From positions 1 through 32,199 of the forward strand of contig CAZBBK010000068.1 in the NCBI GenBank assembly GCA_964490075.1: DNA of 32,199 nucleotides, given 5' to 3'. A program made the position numbers and the translations under genes. Numbering within the stretch: the stretch's first letter is position 1; every line of letters starts with the position of its first letter. The DNA comes from an uncultured Gemmatimonadota bacterium (GTDB lineage Bacteria; GCA-2686955). The notes below the pieces were generated by a model. It did not search any database. It saw nothing but the letters and a program-made list of their open reading frames with translations, and was not told the origin of the DNA. Positions 21,308-30,703 of the stretch are shown here, piece after piece.

Positions 21308-21867
21308 GCAAAGACGACGCACAGGAAATGGACGAGCGCGAGCTGGCGCGGCGCCTGGGCAGCGCCTTCGCCGAGACCGAGCCGGATGCCGATTTCGACG
21401 CCGCGGCCGAGCTGCGCGCCCTCGGCCTCGACCCGGACCAGGTGGCCGCGCGCATGAAGCGCGTGGCGGGCCGGGCGCGGCTGGAGCGGCGGGCCCGGCG
21501 GCTGCGTTCCTTTCTGGCCCGGCGTATCGACCACCTGCTGGAAGGCCTGGATTCGTTGCTGCCTCTGGCGCCGGCTCCCGCGGCGGTGCTGCGTGGCGGC
21601 GCCCACGCCCCCCGCAGCTCCGCCGATCCGCGCCTGGAAGAGGCCGTGGCGCTGCTCGGCAACGGCGCTTACGACCAGGCCAAGACCCGTCTCGACGACC
21701 TCATCGCCGACCACGGCCGGCAAGAGATCTACCTCTGGCTGCTGGCCCACGCCGAGCTCGGGCGGGGCGAGATCGGATGCGCCCGCGCATCGCTCGCCGC
21801 CATCGAGGGCGAGCTCGCACCGCGCGCGCGGGAGCTGCTGGAGGCGATCGAGGGGGAGGGGTTGTAG
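21304..21867 (+). CDS. Putative cytoplasmic anti-sigma factor with C-terminal TPR-like helices
   Basis: ATGA overlap with the sigma stop, no TM segment, helical N-domain (ELRALGLDPD), APAPAAVLRGG linker and TPR-like C-terminus. The anti-sigma function is inferred from context only. Confidence 0.55.
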   Translation: MSKDDAQEMDERELARRLGSAFAETEPDADFDAAAELRALGLDPDQVAARMKRVAGRARLERRARRLRSFLARRIDHLLEGLDSLLPLAPAPAAVLRGGAHAPRSSADPRLEEAVALLGNGAYDQAKTRLDDLIADHGRQEIYLWLLAHAELGRGEIGCARASLAAIEGELAPRARELLEAIEGEGL

Positions 21868-21874
21868 ACGGATC

Positions 21875-21924
21875 CGTCATTCCGGCGCTCTCCTCTTCGT
21901 CATTCCGGCGAAAGCCGGAATCCA
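21875..21924. repeat. REP-like palindrome plus partial direct copy
   Basis: CGTCATTCCGGCGAAAGCCGGAATCCA at 21898-21924 (8-bp stem, GAAA loop), preceded by a 13-bp copy CGTCATTCCGGCG at 21875-21887. Confidence 0.7.
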
Positions 21925-22054
21925 CGCGTGGGCACCGGCCCGATCCGCGGCTACCCGCCACGTTCTGAGGAGGCAGCATTGGGCGGGCGCGGGGTCGGGA
22001 TTGAATCCGGGAACGTGAGCAGCGTAGCGAAGCGTCAGGAGACGGAAAAAGCCG

Positions 22055-22083
22055 TTGACGCCACCCAAAGACGAGAATAGCGT
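22055..22083 (+). promoter_or_regulatory. Putative sigma-70 promoter
   Basis: TTGACG-17 nt-TAGCGT, with an A-tract upstream, about 65 nt before the 22150 ORF. Confidence 0.55.
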
Positions 22084-22149
22084 AAGGGCACCCCCCGACG
22101 CAGTCAGGTCGATGACGACATGTCGTCGCTTGAGCCATGAGCCCGGGAG

Positions 22150-24963
22150 GTGTGCTGTGACACGCGAGATCGGCCAACGCTGGATGTCGTTCCTCTCTCG
22201 TTCCTCGTAGCTCTATGGGTCGCGCCGCTGGCTGAAGGGCAGGCACTGCCGCCCTACTACGAGCCGTGGCCAGCCGGTGTGAGCCTGGTCGAGAACAGCC
22301 GCTTCGATGCGATCCAGTTGATCGGGCCAATGAACACCGACGGCCTCTCATCCGAGTTCCTCACCTACCGGGCCGACCTGACCCAGCCAAGGCACGGGAC
22401 GCGGCACGCGAAGGCGTTTCAGTGGGCTGAGTCGCCGATCCGGGTCTCCTTCTACGCCAGACCCGAGATCCCGGAAGCTCGATTGCAGCTCACGGCCATT
22501 CTGCGCGGCATCGCCGGTCAAGAGGAGGCCACGACGACGACTCTCTCGCTCGACCCACCCGCGGAGGAGTACGAGCACGTGGTCTGGGATGTCGAGCCGA
22601 CCGGCTTCGCGGTCGAAGAGATCGAGCTCAGGATCTTCGCGCTGGACGCCGGCAAGATCTGGCTCGACTTTCTGCGGATCACCGACGATCTGGAGTGGTT
22701 GAGCGAAGGGACGGAACCTCCGATCTACGCCCGTACCGACGAGGGCTACCTCACCAAGAACGGCGCGCCCCATTTTCCGCGGATCCTGTGGTGGGGCAAT
22801 GCCGCCTGGCGCGATCCCAACGATCTGGACGATGCCTTCGGCGCCCTGGCCGATCGCGGCTTCAGCGGGGTGTTCGCGCCACCCAGACAGGGCGATCCCG
22901 CCTCCTACTCACGGCGCGGCCTGCGCGTCTTCCTCGACACCGCGGAATGCCATGGGCTCGAGGTGATCGCGCACCTGCCGATCTTCCCCTGCTGTCCTGG
23001 AGGCGACTGGCCCAAAGAACGTGTACTGGTGGAAAGCTGGGTGGGAGGGTTCAGCGATCATCCGGCGCTCTTCGGCTGGCTGTTGCGCGACGAGGTCACG
23101 CTCCACCAGATTCGTGACCTGCCCCCCAGTTGGCCGGTTCGCGACTGGGTGCGCGCGGCCGAGGACGATCCGGACCGATTCCATCCGCTGCTGGCGTACA
23201 CCAGCGAAGGCCCCTTTGTCGCTCCCTGGACCTGGAGTGATTCGCTCCACTTCAACACCTACGACTGCTTGCAGTACTTCCACGGCAACGTCGACATCAT
23301 CGCCCCGAACATGCTGCCGATCCAGAACAACCTCTCCGGAAACAACCCCCGCCGACGCTACTCGATCGCGACCAGGCTGGCCAAGTCCAGCGCGATGCAG
23401 GCCCGCCTGACCCAGCCCGGCGATGTGCCGATGATCATGCCCTCGATTCAGGTGGAGCCCGCCCACTGCAACACCCGCTCACCCTCGGCCGTCGATGTGG
23501 GCGGCATGGTCGCACAGGCGGCGCTGGAAGGGGCGTCTGGGGTGCTGTTCTGGAAGGCGTATTGGGATCTGGCCGCGGAAGAGGAGGTCACGCCTCCAGG
23601 GCAGGAGCCGGAGTACGGAAAGGTCGCCAACGGTTACCCGGATCCCGACGATGGATGCGACGAGGGAGACGACCCGGAGTATCGCGAGTTTCGTCTGCTG
23701 ATTGCCGATTCGCGCGAGCTCTGGGAGGACCGGGATGCCAGCTACGGCCTGCCCGGACAGGGAGACACCGTCGCGGGTGGTGCGCAGTCGCTGTGGCAGG
23801 ACCTGCCGACGATCTTCGAGAAGGCGACCCAGCTCTTTCAGAAGATCTACGCGAAGACTACCGGGGATGGGTTTGAGAGGGAGTTGATTTACGATGATGG
23901 CGCCGATGTTGAGGTGGTGGATGGTTACGTCAAGAGCCCCTCTGGTGGCGACGGAGAGAGCTGGCAGATGCAAGTGGGAGGGAGAGGCGGCCACTACCGC
24001 TCGATGCTTCGATTCGAGTCTGACGGATTCAACGCGAACTATGGTACCGACTGCGACACGAGAGTGCGCCGGGCGGTGTTGCGCACACTCCTGCTGCATA
24101 ACCAGGACGTGCCTCTGGGGCCTGGTGAGGACGCCCCGCTTCCGCCTGGTGACGAGGGCGAAGACGTCGCTCTGAACCTGTTCGCCGCTGAGCTGCCCGC
24201 GGGATTCGACTACTGGTCCGAGGGAGACATCTCGTGGACCACCGTGGGGGAGTGGCTGGACAATTCCGCGGTCGGCCTCATGGACTGGGATACGATCGTA
24301 GCGATCGAGCGCATGGAGAAGCACCTGGCAGGGCAGTTGTTCTACGATCACGTCTACCTTGAGTTCGACCTTACCGATCTTTTCTGCCAGTGGGCCTCCT
24401 CCACCAACCCCAACTCCGGCCTCTTCATCCAACCCGACTTCCGCCGACAGCTCGCTGCATACTACGCCGTCATTGGAACCGAGGACTGGCCTCCGGAAAA
24501 GCAGCCCTTCGTCTCCCCCCATCTCGAGATCCACTCCTATCCCGCCGACACGAGCGGCCCGCGGGTAGAATCGTTCGAGGTGGCCGCCGATTTCGCATGG
24601 GAGGTCGGCGCGGACCTGTACGTTCTGGAGGATTGGGACAGCGCGGACAGAAACGAAGCCTGGCTCGCGGTAACGAATCCGGCCAATATGTCGCAGTGCT
24701 TGCAGGTCTACTCCGGTCAGGTCGATACCACGTACCTGGTGCAGGGATACGATCTTTGGAGGGGGCAACCGCGGGCGCCGTATGCGGCTTCTTGGAAGCC
24801 CGCTAGAAACTGCTCGGAGTACAGCGCAGTGAGCTGCGAGTGCGTTCCCACGGCGGGGGATACCCTGTGGTGCGGCGAGGACCCTCATGAGTACATGTGT
24901 TGGTACTACTTCGGGACGAAGATCCTGCCCTGGGAAACCAGGCTCCTCAAGGTGTACAAGTGA
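22150..24963 (+). CDS. Large secreted protein: glycoside-hydrolase-like TIM barrel + DNRLRE-like domain
   Basis: Hydrophobic N-terminus. KNGAPHFP and DHPALFGWLLRDE are GH-A-like. YRSMLRFE..VRRAVLR..WSEGDISW..LEFDLTDL..W..NSGLFI is DNRLRE-like. Start is uncertain. Confidence 0.7.
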   Translation: MCCDTRDRPTLDVVPLSFLVALWVAPLAEGQALPPYYEPWPAGVSLVENSRFDAIQLIGPMNTDGLSSEFLTYRADLTQPRHGTRHAKAFQWAESPIRVSFYARPEIPEARLQLTAILRGIAGQEEATTTTLSLDPPAEEYEHVVWDVEPTGFAVEEIELRIFALDAGKIWLDFLRITDDLEWLSEGTEPPIYARTDEGYLTKNGAPHFPRILWWGNAAWRDPNDLDDAFGALADRGFSGVFAPPRQGDPASYSRRGLRVFLDTAECHGLEVIAHLPIFPCCPGGDWPKERVLVESWVGGFSDHPALFGWLLRDEVTLHQIRDLPPSWPVRDWVRAAEDDPDRFHPLLAYTSEGPFVAPWTWSDSLHFNTYDCLQYFHGNVDIIAPNMLPIQNNLSGNNPRRRYSIATRLAKSSAMQARLTQPGDVPMIMPSIQVEPAHCNTRSPSAVDVGGMVAQAALEGASGVLFWKAYWDLAAEEEVTPPGQEPEYGKVANGYPDPDDGCDEGDDPEYREFRLLIADSRELWEDRDASYGLPGQGDTVAGGAQSLWQDLPTIFEKATQLFQKIYAKTTGDGFERELIYDDGADVEVVDGYVKSPSGGDGESWQMQVGGRGGHYRSMLRFESDGFNANYGTDCDTRVRRAVLRTLLLHNQDVPLGPGEDAPLPPGDEGEDVALNLFAAELPAGFDYWSEGDISWTTVGEWLDNSAVGLMDWDTIVAIERMEKHLAGQLFYDHVYLEFDLTDLFCQWASSTNPNSGLFIQPDFRRQLAAYYAVIGTEDWPPEKQPFVSPHLEIHSYPADTSGPRVESFEVAADFAWEVGADLYVLEDWDSADRNEAWLAVTNPANMSQCLQVYSGQVDTTYLVQGYDLWRGQPRAPYAASWKPARNCSEYSAVSCECVPTAGDTLWCGEDPHEYMCWYYFGTKILPWETRLLKVYK

Positions 24964-26924
24964 TGAAGACGCGACGAGAACAGCGAAGACGGGCGTGCCG
25001 ATTTCCGCTTCTGCTTCTTTCTGCACTGGCCTGCACGGGAGCGAGCGCGCTGGAGCGGGATTGCGACATCTACCGCGGCGTCTACCCCTCCTACGCCGGC
25101 GGCTGCTTTCTGAGCGACGGCGGCTGGTGGATCCACGGAGATCGCTGGGCGATTCCGGGCTTGCGCGAGACATCTCGAAGGGTGTCGGTCTCCCAACGAT
25201 TCACCGGATCCCCACCACGGCCACCGTCGCCGGCGCGGCTGGCGACGCTGTTTACCTACTGTCGATTCCGCACTATCCGGAACGGCCGGTCGTAGGCGTA
25301 CTCGACTGGTCGTGCAGGCCGGGTCTGCCTCGGGCGGTCGGAGAGCTTCCCGTGGAGTTCTCCGACGTCTGGGCGATGACCGTGACTGACCTGAGCCTCT
25401 GGGTGAACGCCCGGCTTTTCGAAAGGGCATCCTCCCTCCATCGATTCGACATCAGCACTCCCACGCAGCCGACGTACATGGGTTGGATCGTGGGGTCGTC
25501 AAGCCGGGCCATCGAAAGTGGCGGCTTGCTCTTTTCGCTTAGGCTGCCCGTGCTTGTCATCGACCCCACCATCCGTGACTCGATCGCCGTCATCGGAACG
25601 ATCGAGGTCGAGGAGTCGGTCCAGGATCTGGCCCACGTCCCGCCCTACGTGGCGGCGATCAGCGGAGACTCGATCTCCCTCTTCGATATCTCCGCTCCCG
25701 CCTCCCCCATCCCGCTCGGCAGCGTGGCGACCGCCGCCACCAACCTGGAGGCGGGTCCCAACGTCGTCTTCGCCCTCGGCGATTCTCTCCACGTGCTGGA
25801 TTGGCGGGACCGGCCTTCCCTGGCAACGCTTGCGGCGATCGACATTCCGGGAGCCGCCCGCGACGCTTCTATTCGACCCCGCGCGCGATGCGATCCTGGT
25901 CGCCGCGGGAGAGGAGGGAGCGTACACCGTCGATGTGTCGCTGCCGAGCGCGCCGGTCTTGCAGTGGCGGGAGCCGGAGCGGGAGGGCCTAACGGTTCAC
26001 AATGCGTCTCAAACCTCGGAACGTGTCTACTTGGCAACCTCGAGGCCGCCTGGGTTCACGATTGTCGACGCAGCCGATCTCGACCATCCGCGATGGTCCG
26101 GCACCATCACGGAGACCCGGAACATGCCCAAGGATGTGGTCGGTGAACGAGGCGACCGTTATGTGTACGCCTTGAAGCCGGGACTTCCTTGCGCCATCAC
26201 GGTCTGGGATGTAGGGGAATGGACGAGCCCGACTCTGGTGGACTCGGTCGCCTTGCCGAGCTGGGCCTTCTTCGATCTCCTGATCGACGGTTCTATTCTC
26301 TATGCGGCCGGGATGGGGATTCAGTCGTTCGACATCAGCAAGCCGGCCTGTCCAACTCCCTTGACGTACTTGCCCTTCACAGGGTACCTCAGTGAGCCGT
26401 CCTACGCTCGGGTGGAGGCAGGAGGGCGTAACTTCGTGGTAACCATGACCGACACGGTCCGTGTCGTGGAGGTCAGCGATCCCGCTTCGCCCACGCTGGT
26501 CTTCAGAGACACGATCGAAGATGTGTCGCTCTGGGGCGGGTGCGCGGCGAAGGGATCGTTCGTTTTCGCCCTCCCACGCAACGACAGCGACGAGCTCTGG
26601 TCGATCGACTTCTCGAAGCCGGAGACGCCGCGCGTGGTCCACAAGATGATCCTCGAGGAGGGAGAGGGCCAGTATCAGCAGATGACTGTGGACGGCGACT
26701 GGCTCTATACGGCGCCCGTTGTGATGGAAGACCCGCTCCCCTCGCTCCACGTCTTGCGCATCGACGCCGGCGGCGCCCTGCGCGAGGTCGCGAGGCATCA
26801 GCTTTTCGCGGAAACCTGGGCGCTGGCGGCGAGGGAGCGCCACATTTTGATCGGAGGCGAATACGGCTTCGGCTGGCTGGTCGACGAGAGCCGGGCGACC
26901 ACCCTGTTGCCAGGGCCGAAATAG
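24963..26924 (+). pseudogene. Secreted LVIVD-repeat-like beta-propeller protein, two frameshifts
   Basis: ATG 24963 (TGATG coupling) with signal peptide. The coding frame switches near 25150-25170 and near 25866. Repeats include FDISTPTQP, FDISAPASP, VDVSLPSAP, FDISKPACP and VEVSDPASP. Confidence 0.75.
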
Positions 26925-26931
26925 GAGTCGG

Positions 26932-27368
26932 ATGTCGACACGGCCCAGCCGATCGCTGCTCAATCTGCCGCCGGTGCTGGCCCTCCTCGCTGTCGCCGGC
27001 ACGGCGGCCGCGGCGGGAGCGCCGGACTGCCCCACCTACCACGGCACCTACCCCCGCTACGCCTCGGGCTGCGTGTTGAGCGACACCGGTTGGTGGTTCT
27101 ATGGCGATCGCCGCTAGAGCGGGCACCTGGTTCACGAGCGTTAGAGTCGGGGCGACGAGCTCAGGTGGCAGAGGTGGCCGATCTTGCCGTACACGGGGCC
27201 CATCGCCGCGGCGGGGATGGCTGTGTACACGCCGGAGTTCGACACGGGCCTGGCGGTGCTCGATCGGAGCTGCCCCGCGGACTGATGGAGTGGATCGAAA
27301 CCCTGCCGATCCTCAGCCACGAGTACGATGAGATCAACATGGCCGTCGTCGGCGCCGACTGCGGATAG
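26932..27368 (+). pseudogene. Degenerate truncated paralog of the preceding LVIVD-like gene
   Basis: DCPTYHGTYPRYASGCVLSDTGWWFYGDR aligns with DCDIYRGVYPSYAGGCFLSDGGWWIHGDR. AVYTPEFDTGLAVLDRSCP follows later, beyond in-frame stops. It ends at the IS91 end. Confidence 0.7.
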
Positions 27369-27380
27369 GCCATTCAAACC
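27363..27380 (-). other. oriIS-like terminus of IS91/ISCR element
   Basis: The minus strand reads GGTTTGAATGGCCTATCC, resembling the G.TTT.AA.TTCCTAT.C oriIS consensus as I recall it. It lies about 275 bp downstream of the transposase stop. Confidence 0.6.
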
Positions 27381-28460
27381 GGGTTTTCGTCCTTCGCCAG
27401 GTCCGAGATCGAGCTCATCGCGCCCCCTCCACCTCTTCACCAGAGCCTTTGGGAGCCCGCCGGAACCCACCGAGCAGCTCATCTGTGGCTCTCCGGCAGC
27501 TCATCGGATCGATAGCGCTTGCTTGTGAGCCGGTCTGCTCCCGAGAGTCGCCAGGCAGGGCAAGCTCCGCCCCTTGCGCGGTTTGAGCGCCATGCCATGC
27601 GTATTTCCGAGGACGAGGGCGGTCGCGCGAGTCGTGAAACGATCGGCCGGCTGACGTCAGGCGAAGTCGAGCTCGAGCTCATCGAGCGGTCGCGCGGGTT
27701 CGATCGGGGGCACACGGGTCGGCAGACCGACCGAGCTCAGAATGCGCATAATCGTGTCGGGTTCGGTAATGAACGAGATGAGCTCGAGCCAGCCACCCGC
27801 GCAGTCCAGGCAGGCCAGGGCGTCGATCCCGAACACGCGTTTCAACAATCGCGCCCAGGTGAGCCTCGCGCGCCCTCGCGCGGGGAAGTCCTCGACCTGA
27901 TTCTCGGCCTCGGCAGGGCATTTGGGGCACGGGTCCGGGGAGGGATCGAAAGCCGCGGGCACGACCCGAGATCGCAGTGCGGTGTTGGGCGCGAGCACAC
28001 CGTGGTAGACGAGCAGGTGGCTGCGCGGCGCGGGTATGAGAGCCACGAGCCGCTCGGTGGCGATCGGCGGGCGCGCGACATAGCGGCACAACCGTTCCAG
28101 GGCGGGGCGATCGTCGGCCTGCAGAACCACGCCAGCGCGGATGTTGAACCCGCCGGCGCTGGTGTCGCGGCGGATCGTTGCCGTCCCCGCGGCTCCCCGC
28201 GCCAGGCGAGTCGCCGGCGGAATGCGCATCCCTGCGCGCGGACCTTGGGCGATGGTGCCGGCGGCGGAGGCGTGGCCGAGACGCAGGAGAATCTCGTCAT
28301 CGGTGTCGCCCTCTTCCTCGCCGACGCTCGCCATCGTAAACCCGCGTTCCTCCAGCGCACGGGCGACCCTGCGGCGAACCCGGCGCGCGATGCGAGCCAG
28401 ATCGTCTTCGTCAGGCGCCGGTGTGGGATGGAAGAGCAGCTCGCCAGAATCACCTCCGTA
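27363..28460 (-). mobile_element. IS91/ISCR-family element remnant (3' half of transposase 27657..~28460 plus oriIS end)
   Basis: Motifs GFNIRAGV..DDRPALERLCRYVARPP, LIPAPRSHLLVYHGVLAPN and WARLLKRVFGIDALAC..C..ITEP..I.RIL. The HUH-containing N-terminal half is missing. Confidence 0.85.
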
Positions 28461-28598
28461 TGGATCCTGGTTTTGGCTCGTGTTGATGGTCTGGATCGAA
28501 GGGTTCGGACTCTGTGCTCGACGGTGCCGAGCGCGACGCTGCCGGTACCGCACCTCCGCGAGGGACCTCGATCGACACAGTGGCGGACGTGCCGTGGC

Positions 28599-28895
28599 TC
28601 AGTCTTCGCCGAGTGAGTGTCGTATGATTCGGCGGATGGTTGCGGGATCTCGGCGCTCGAGGTCATCGTCGGTCACCAGCGCTGGGCGATCTCTGCTGAG
28701 CGGCTGTGCCGGCAGGGAGAGCACCTGGAAGCGGGTTCCATCGAAGGCGACGAGGTCTTGCTCGAGGAGTGTCTTGCGGGCCGCGAGGTAGTCGTCGAGT
28801 GTCATCTCCAGCGTCGTGCAAATGCGATCGTATGCGTAGAAGCTGACGCCGTTGCGGTCGCCGGCGAGCACCAGAAAGAAGTAGAGGCGCTCAGT
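28599..28895 (-). pseudogene. C-terminal remnant of mobile-element-associated winged-helix-like protein
   Basis: RLYFFLVLAGDRNGVSFYAYDRICTTLEMTLDDYLAARKTLLEQDLVAFDGTRFQVLSLP resembles accessory ORFs I recall from IS21-like elements. Its N-terminus is missing. Confidence 0.55.
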
Positions 28896-28989
28896 CGAGA
28901 TGCTCGTCGCAGCGCCATTGGGAGTCCTTGCGTTTCTGGTCCTCTGGATCGCCTTGTGGGGCGCGAGGGCGCCGCCCGCGATCGATGCG

Positions 28990-29240
28990 ACGATCATACT
29001 CGACCGGCGCCGGAGGGTGTGTGCTCCACAACACAACGTTGGACGGAGAGGCGCCCAGAAGAGCATACTGGAGTGTGTGACAAGAGCAGGGTAGCTGCCC
29101 GGCGCCAAGAGCACAGTGTCGCTGTGCGACGCAGCATCGAGCGCGGCCTGAATGACCGGGAAATCACCTGGAACACGCCACGTGGTCGCACTTGCCGAGA
29201 AGATCAGGGCGCAGATCACGAGCGATGGGCGGAGCTTCAC
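28990..29240 (-). pseudogene. N-terminal remnant of secreted beta-helix protein
   Basis: GTG start with AGGGAG, signal peptide, then TWRVPGDFPVIQAALDAASHSDTVLLAPGSY (beta-helix N-cap), after which it degenerates. Confidence 0.6.
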
Positions 29241-29296
29241 GCGTATTCTCCCTTGGTCCTTGGTCTGGGCGAGCGCGTGAGAAAGGACGGCTGCGA

Positions 29297-29644
29297 TCAG
29301 TTGATGAGCGCGCAATCCGGTCGACCGCTCAGGGGCACGCCGCAGTCGATGGTGCTATTCCAGTGGACGCGCGAGGTTCCGTCGAGCGACACGCTGGGCA
29401 GAGGCGGAACGACATAACCTATGCCTGTGAGCCAGCCATATCCCGGAGTGTTTTCGGGCATTGGGCCAAAGTCGATGAGACCGCTGGTCATCTCGGTCTG
29501 TTCCCAGTTTCCCTCCTTGCCCTCCACGGTGGCGTAGTTGTGGCTTGTGCCAACGAAGTCGACCGCTCGATTGGCGATCAGGTCGATGGACTTCGCCGGG
29601 CCCAAGAGGCAGAGCGTCAGCACAGCGCCAATGATTCTTCTCAC
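29297..29644 (-). CDS. Small secreted hypothetical protein (possibly truncated)
   Basis: GGAGG RBS before GTG, signal peptide MRRIIGAVLTLCLLGPAKS, and protein-like composition. Confidence 0.5.
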   Translation of the reverse strand: MRRIIGAVLTLCLLGPAKSIDLIANRAVDFVGTSHNYATVEGKEGNWEQTEMTSGLIDFGPMPENTPGYGWLTGIGYVVPPLPSVSLDGTSRVHWNSTIDCGVPLSGRPDCALIN

Positions 29645-30079
29645 GACGTCGGCCTCCATCAACCGGCACGCCGAGCGTTGCGCGACCGGCCGAGCAGCGA
29701 TCCGTTATCGCGATCGGTCCGTCTGATCAACGTTTCCTCCTGGGGCTCCCGTCTGGCTCGGGAAGGAGGCTGCGCCACGAAGTGGTTCCGTCGGGAGAGC
29801 CCGACTGCATGCTCCAGCATAAACCGCGGCAGCGGTCGGCGAGGGGATGCAACGCTCTCTGCTCTGCCTGGTAAGGAAACTCGCGATCGCTGATGGTCAC
29901 CGGCGCGGCGCTCTGCTTTCAAAGGCATAGCGCAACAGGTTTGTGGCATGCACATGCCTCCGACGATGCCGCGGCGCCTGCTGAAGAAGCTGCAACTCAA
30001 CATTTCGCTCCGACGACAGAGATCGAAGCGCCGCCGAATCTCGGAGCGGGTGCGGCGCGCCCGCTGGGGGGGGTAGGCG

Positions 30080-30541
30080 TCATCCCCCGCGACGCTGCTC
30101 GCGAAGGATGGCGTGGATGGTCTCGTCGAGGCTGCCGAGGAACAGGGATCGGTCGCGCTTCGAGAAGGGCGGCGGCCCCCCCGTGAGTGTGCCGGCCTCG
30201 CGAAGATGGGCTAGCAGGTCGCGAGTTGCCAGCGCCTCCCCGATGGAGTCGGCGTCGAATACCCTGCCTCGGGGGCTCAGGGCGCGGGCGCCCTTGCGGA
30301 GCACGCGCGAGGCGAGAGGAATGTCGGCGGTGATCACGATATCTCCGGGGGCTGCGGCCTCGGCGATCCAGTCGTCGGCCGCATCGGGATCGTCGCTCAC
30401 CAGCACCAGATCGACCGAACCGTGGTCGGGCACGCGCATCCAGCTGTTCGAGACGAGACGCACGGCGAGCCGATGGCGTTCGGCGACGCGGTAGATCTCC
30501 GGCTTCACCGGGCAGGCATCAGCATCGACGTAGATCGTCAT
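30080..30541 (-). CDS. yaiI: YaiI/YqxD (UPF0178) family protein
   Basis: Motifs [30 protein letters not shown] and [11 protein letters not shown]. Confidence 0.95.
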   Translation of the reverse strand: MTIYVDADACPVKPEIYRVAERHRLAVRLVSNSWMRVPDHGSVDLVLVSDDPDAADDWIAEAAAPGDIVITADIPLASRVLRKGARALSPRGRVFDADSIGEALATRDLLAHLREAGTLTGGPPPFSKRDRSLFLGSLDETIHAILREQRRGG

Positions 30542-30703
30542 GGGCGTGCTTTCGGGAGAGTGTCTCCGAACGGCTCATTGCCCGGTTTCGGGGCAGGAAC
30601 GCGGCAGCGTTGCGGGGGCATCGAGCACGGAGGGAGTGAGACGCCGCAGCGACCTGGGCACGGAACTGGGCGTTGCGACTCCGCGGTCGAAAGGGTCGTT
30701 GCC

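Noticed and set aside
15131-21867. CRISPR array or cas genes associated with the CHAT protease
   Set aside because: I saw no regularly spaced direct repeats or cas-like ORFs anywhere in the window.
29895-29960. TTTCAAA as a possible tRNA-Sec anticodon loop
   Set aside because: There is no proper anticodon stem, T-arm (GTTCRA) or acceptor stem. I recognised no selC or other tRNA in the window.
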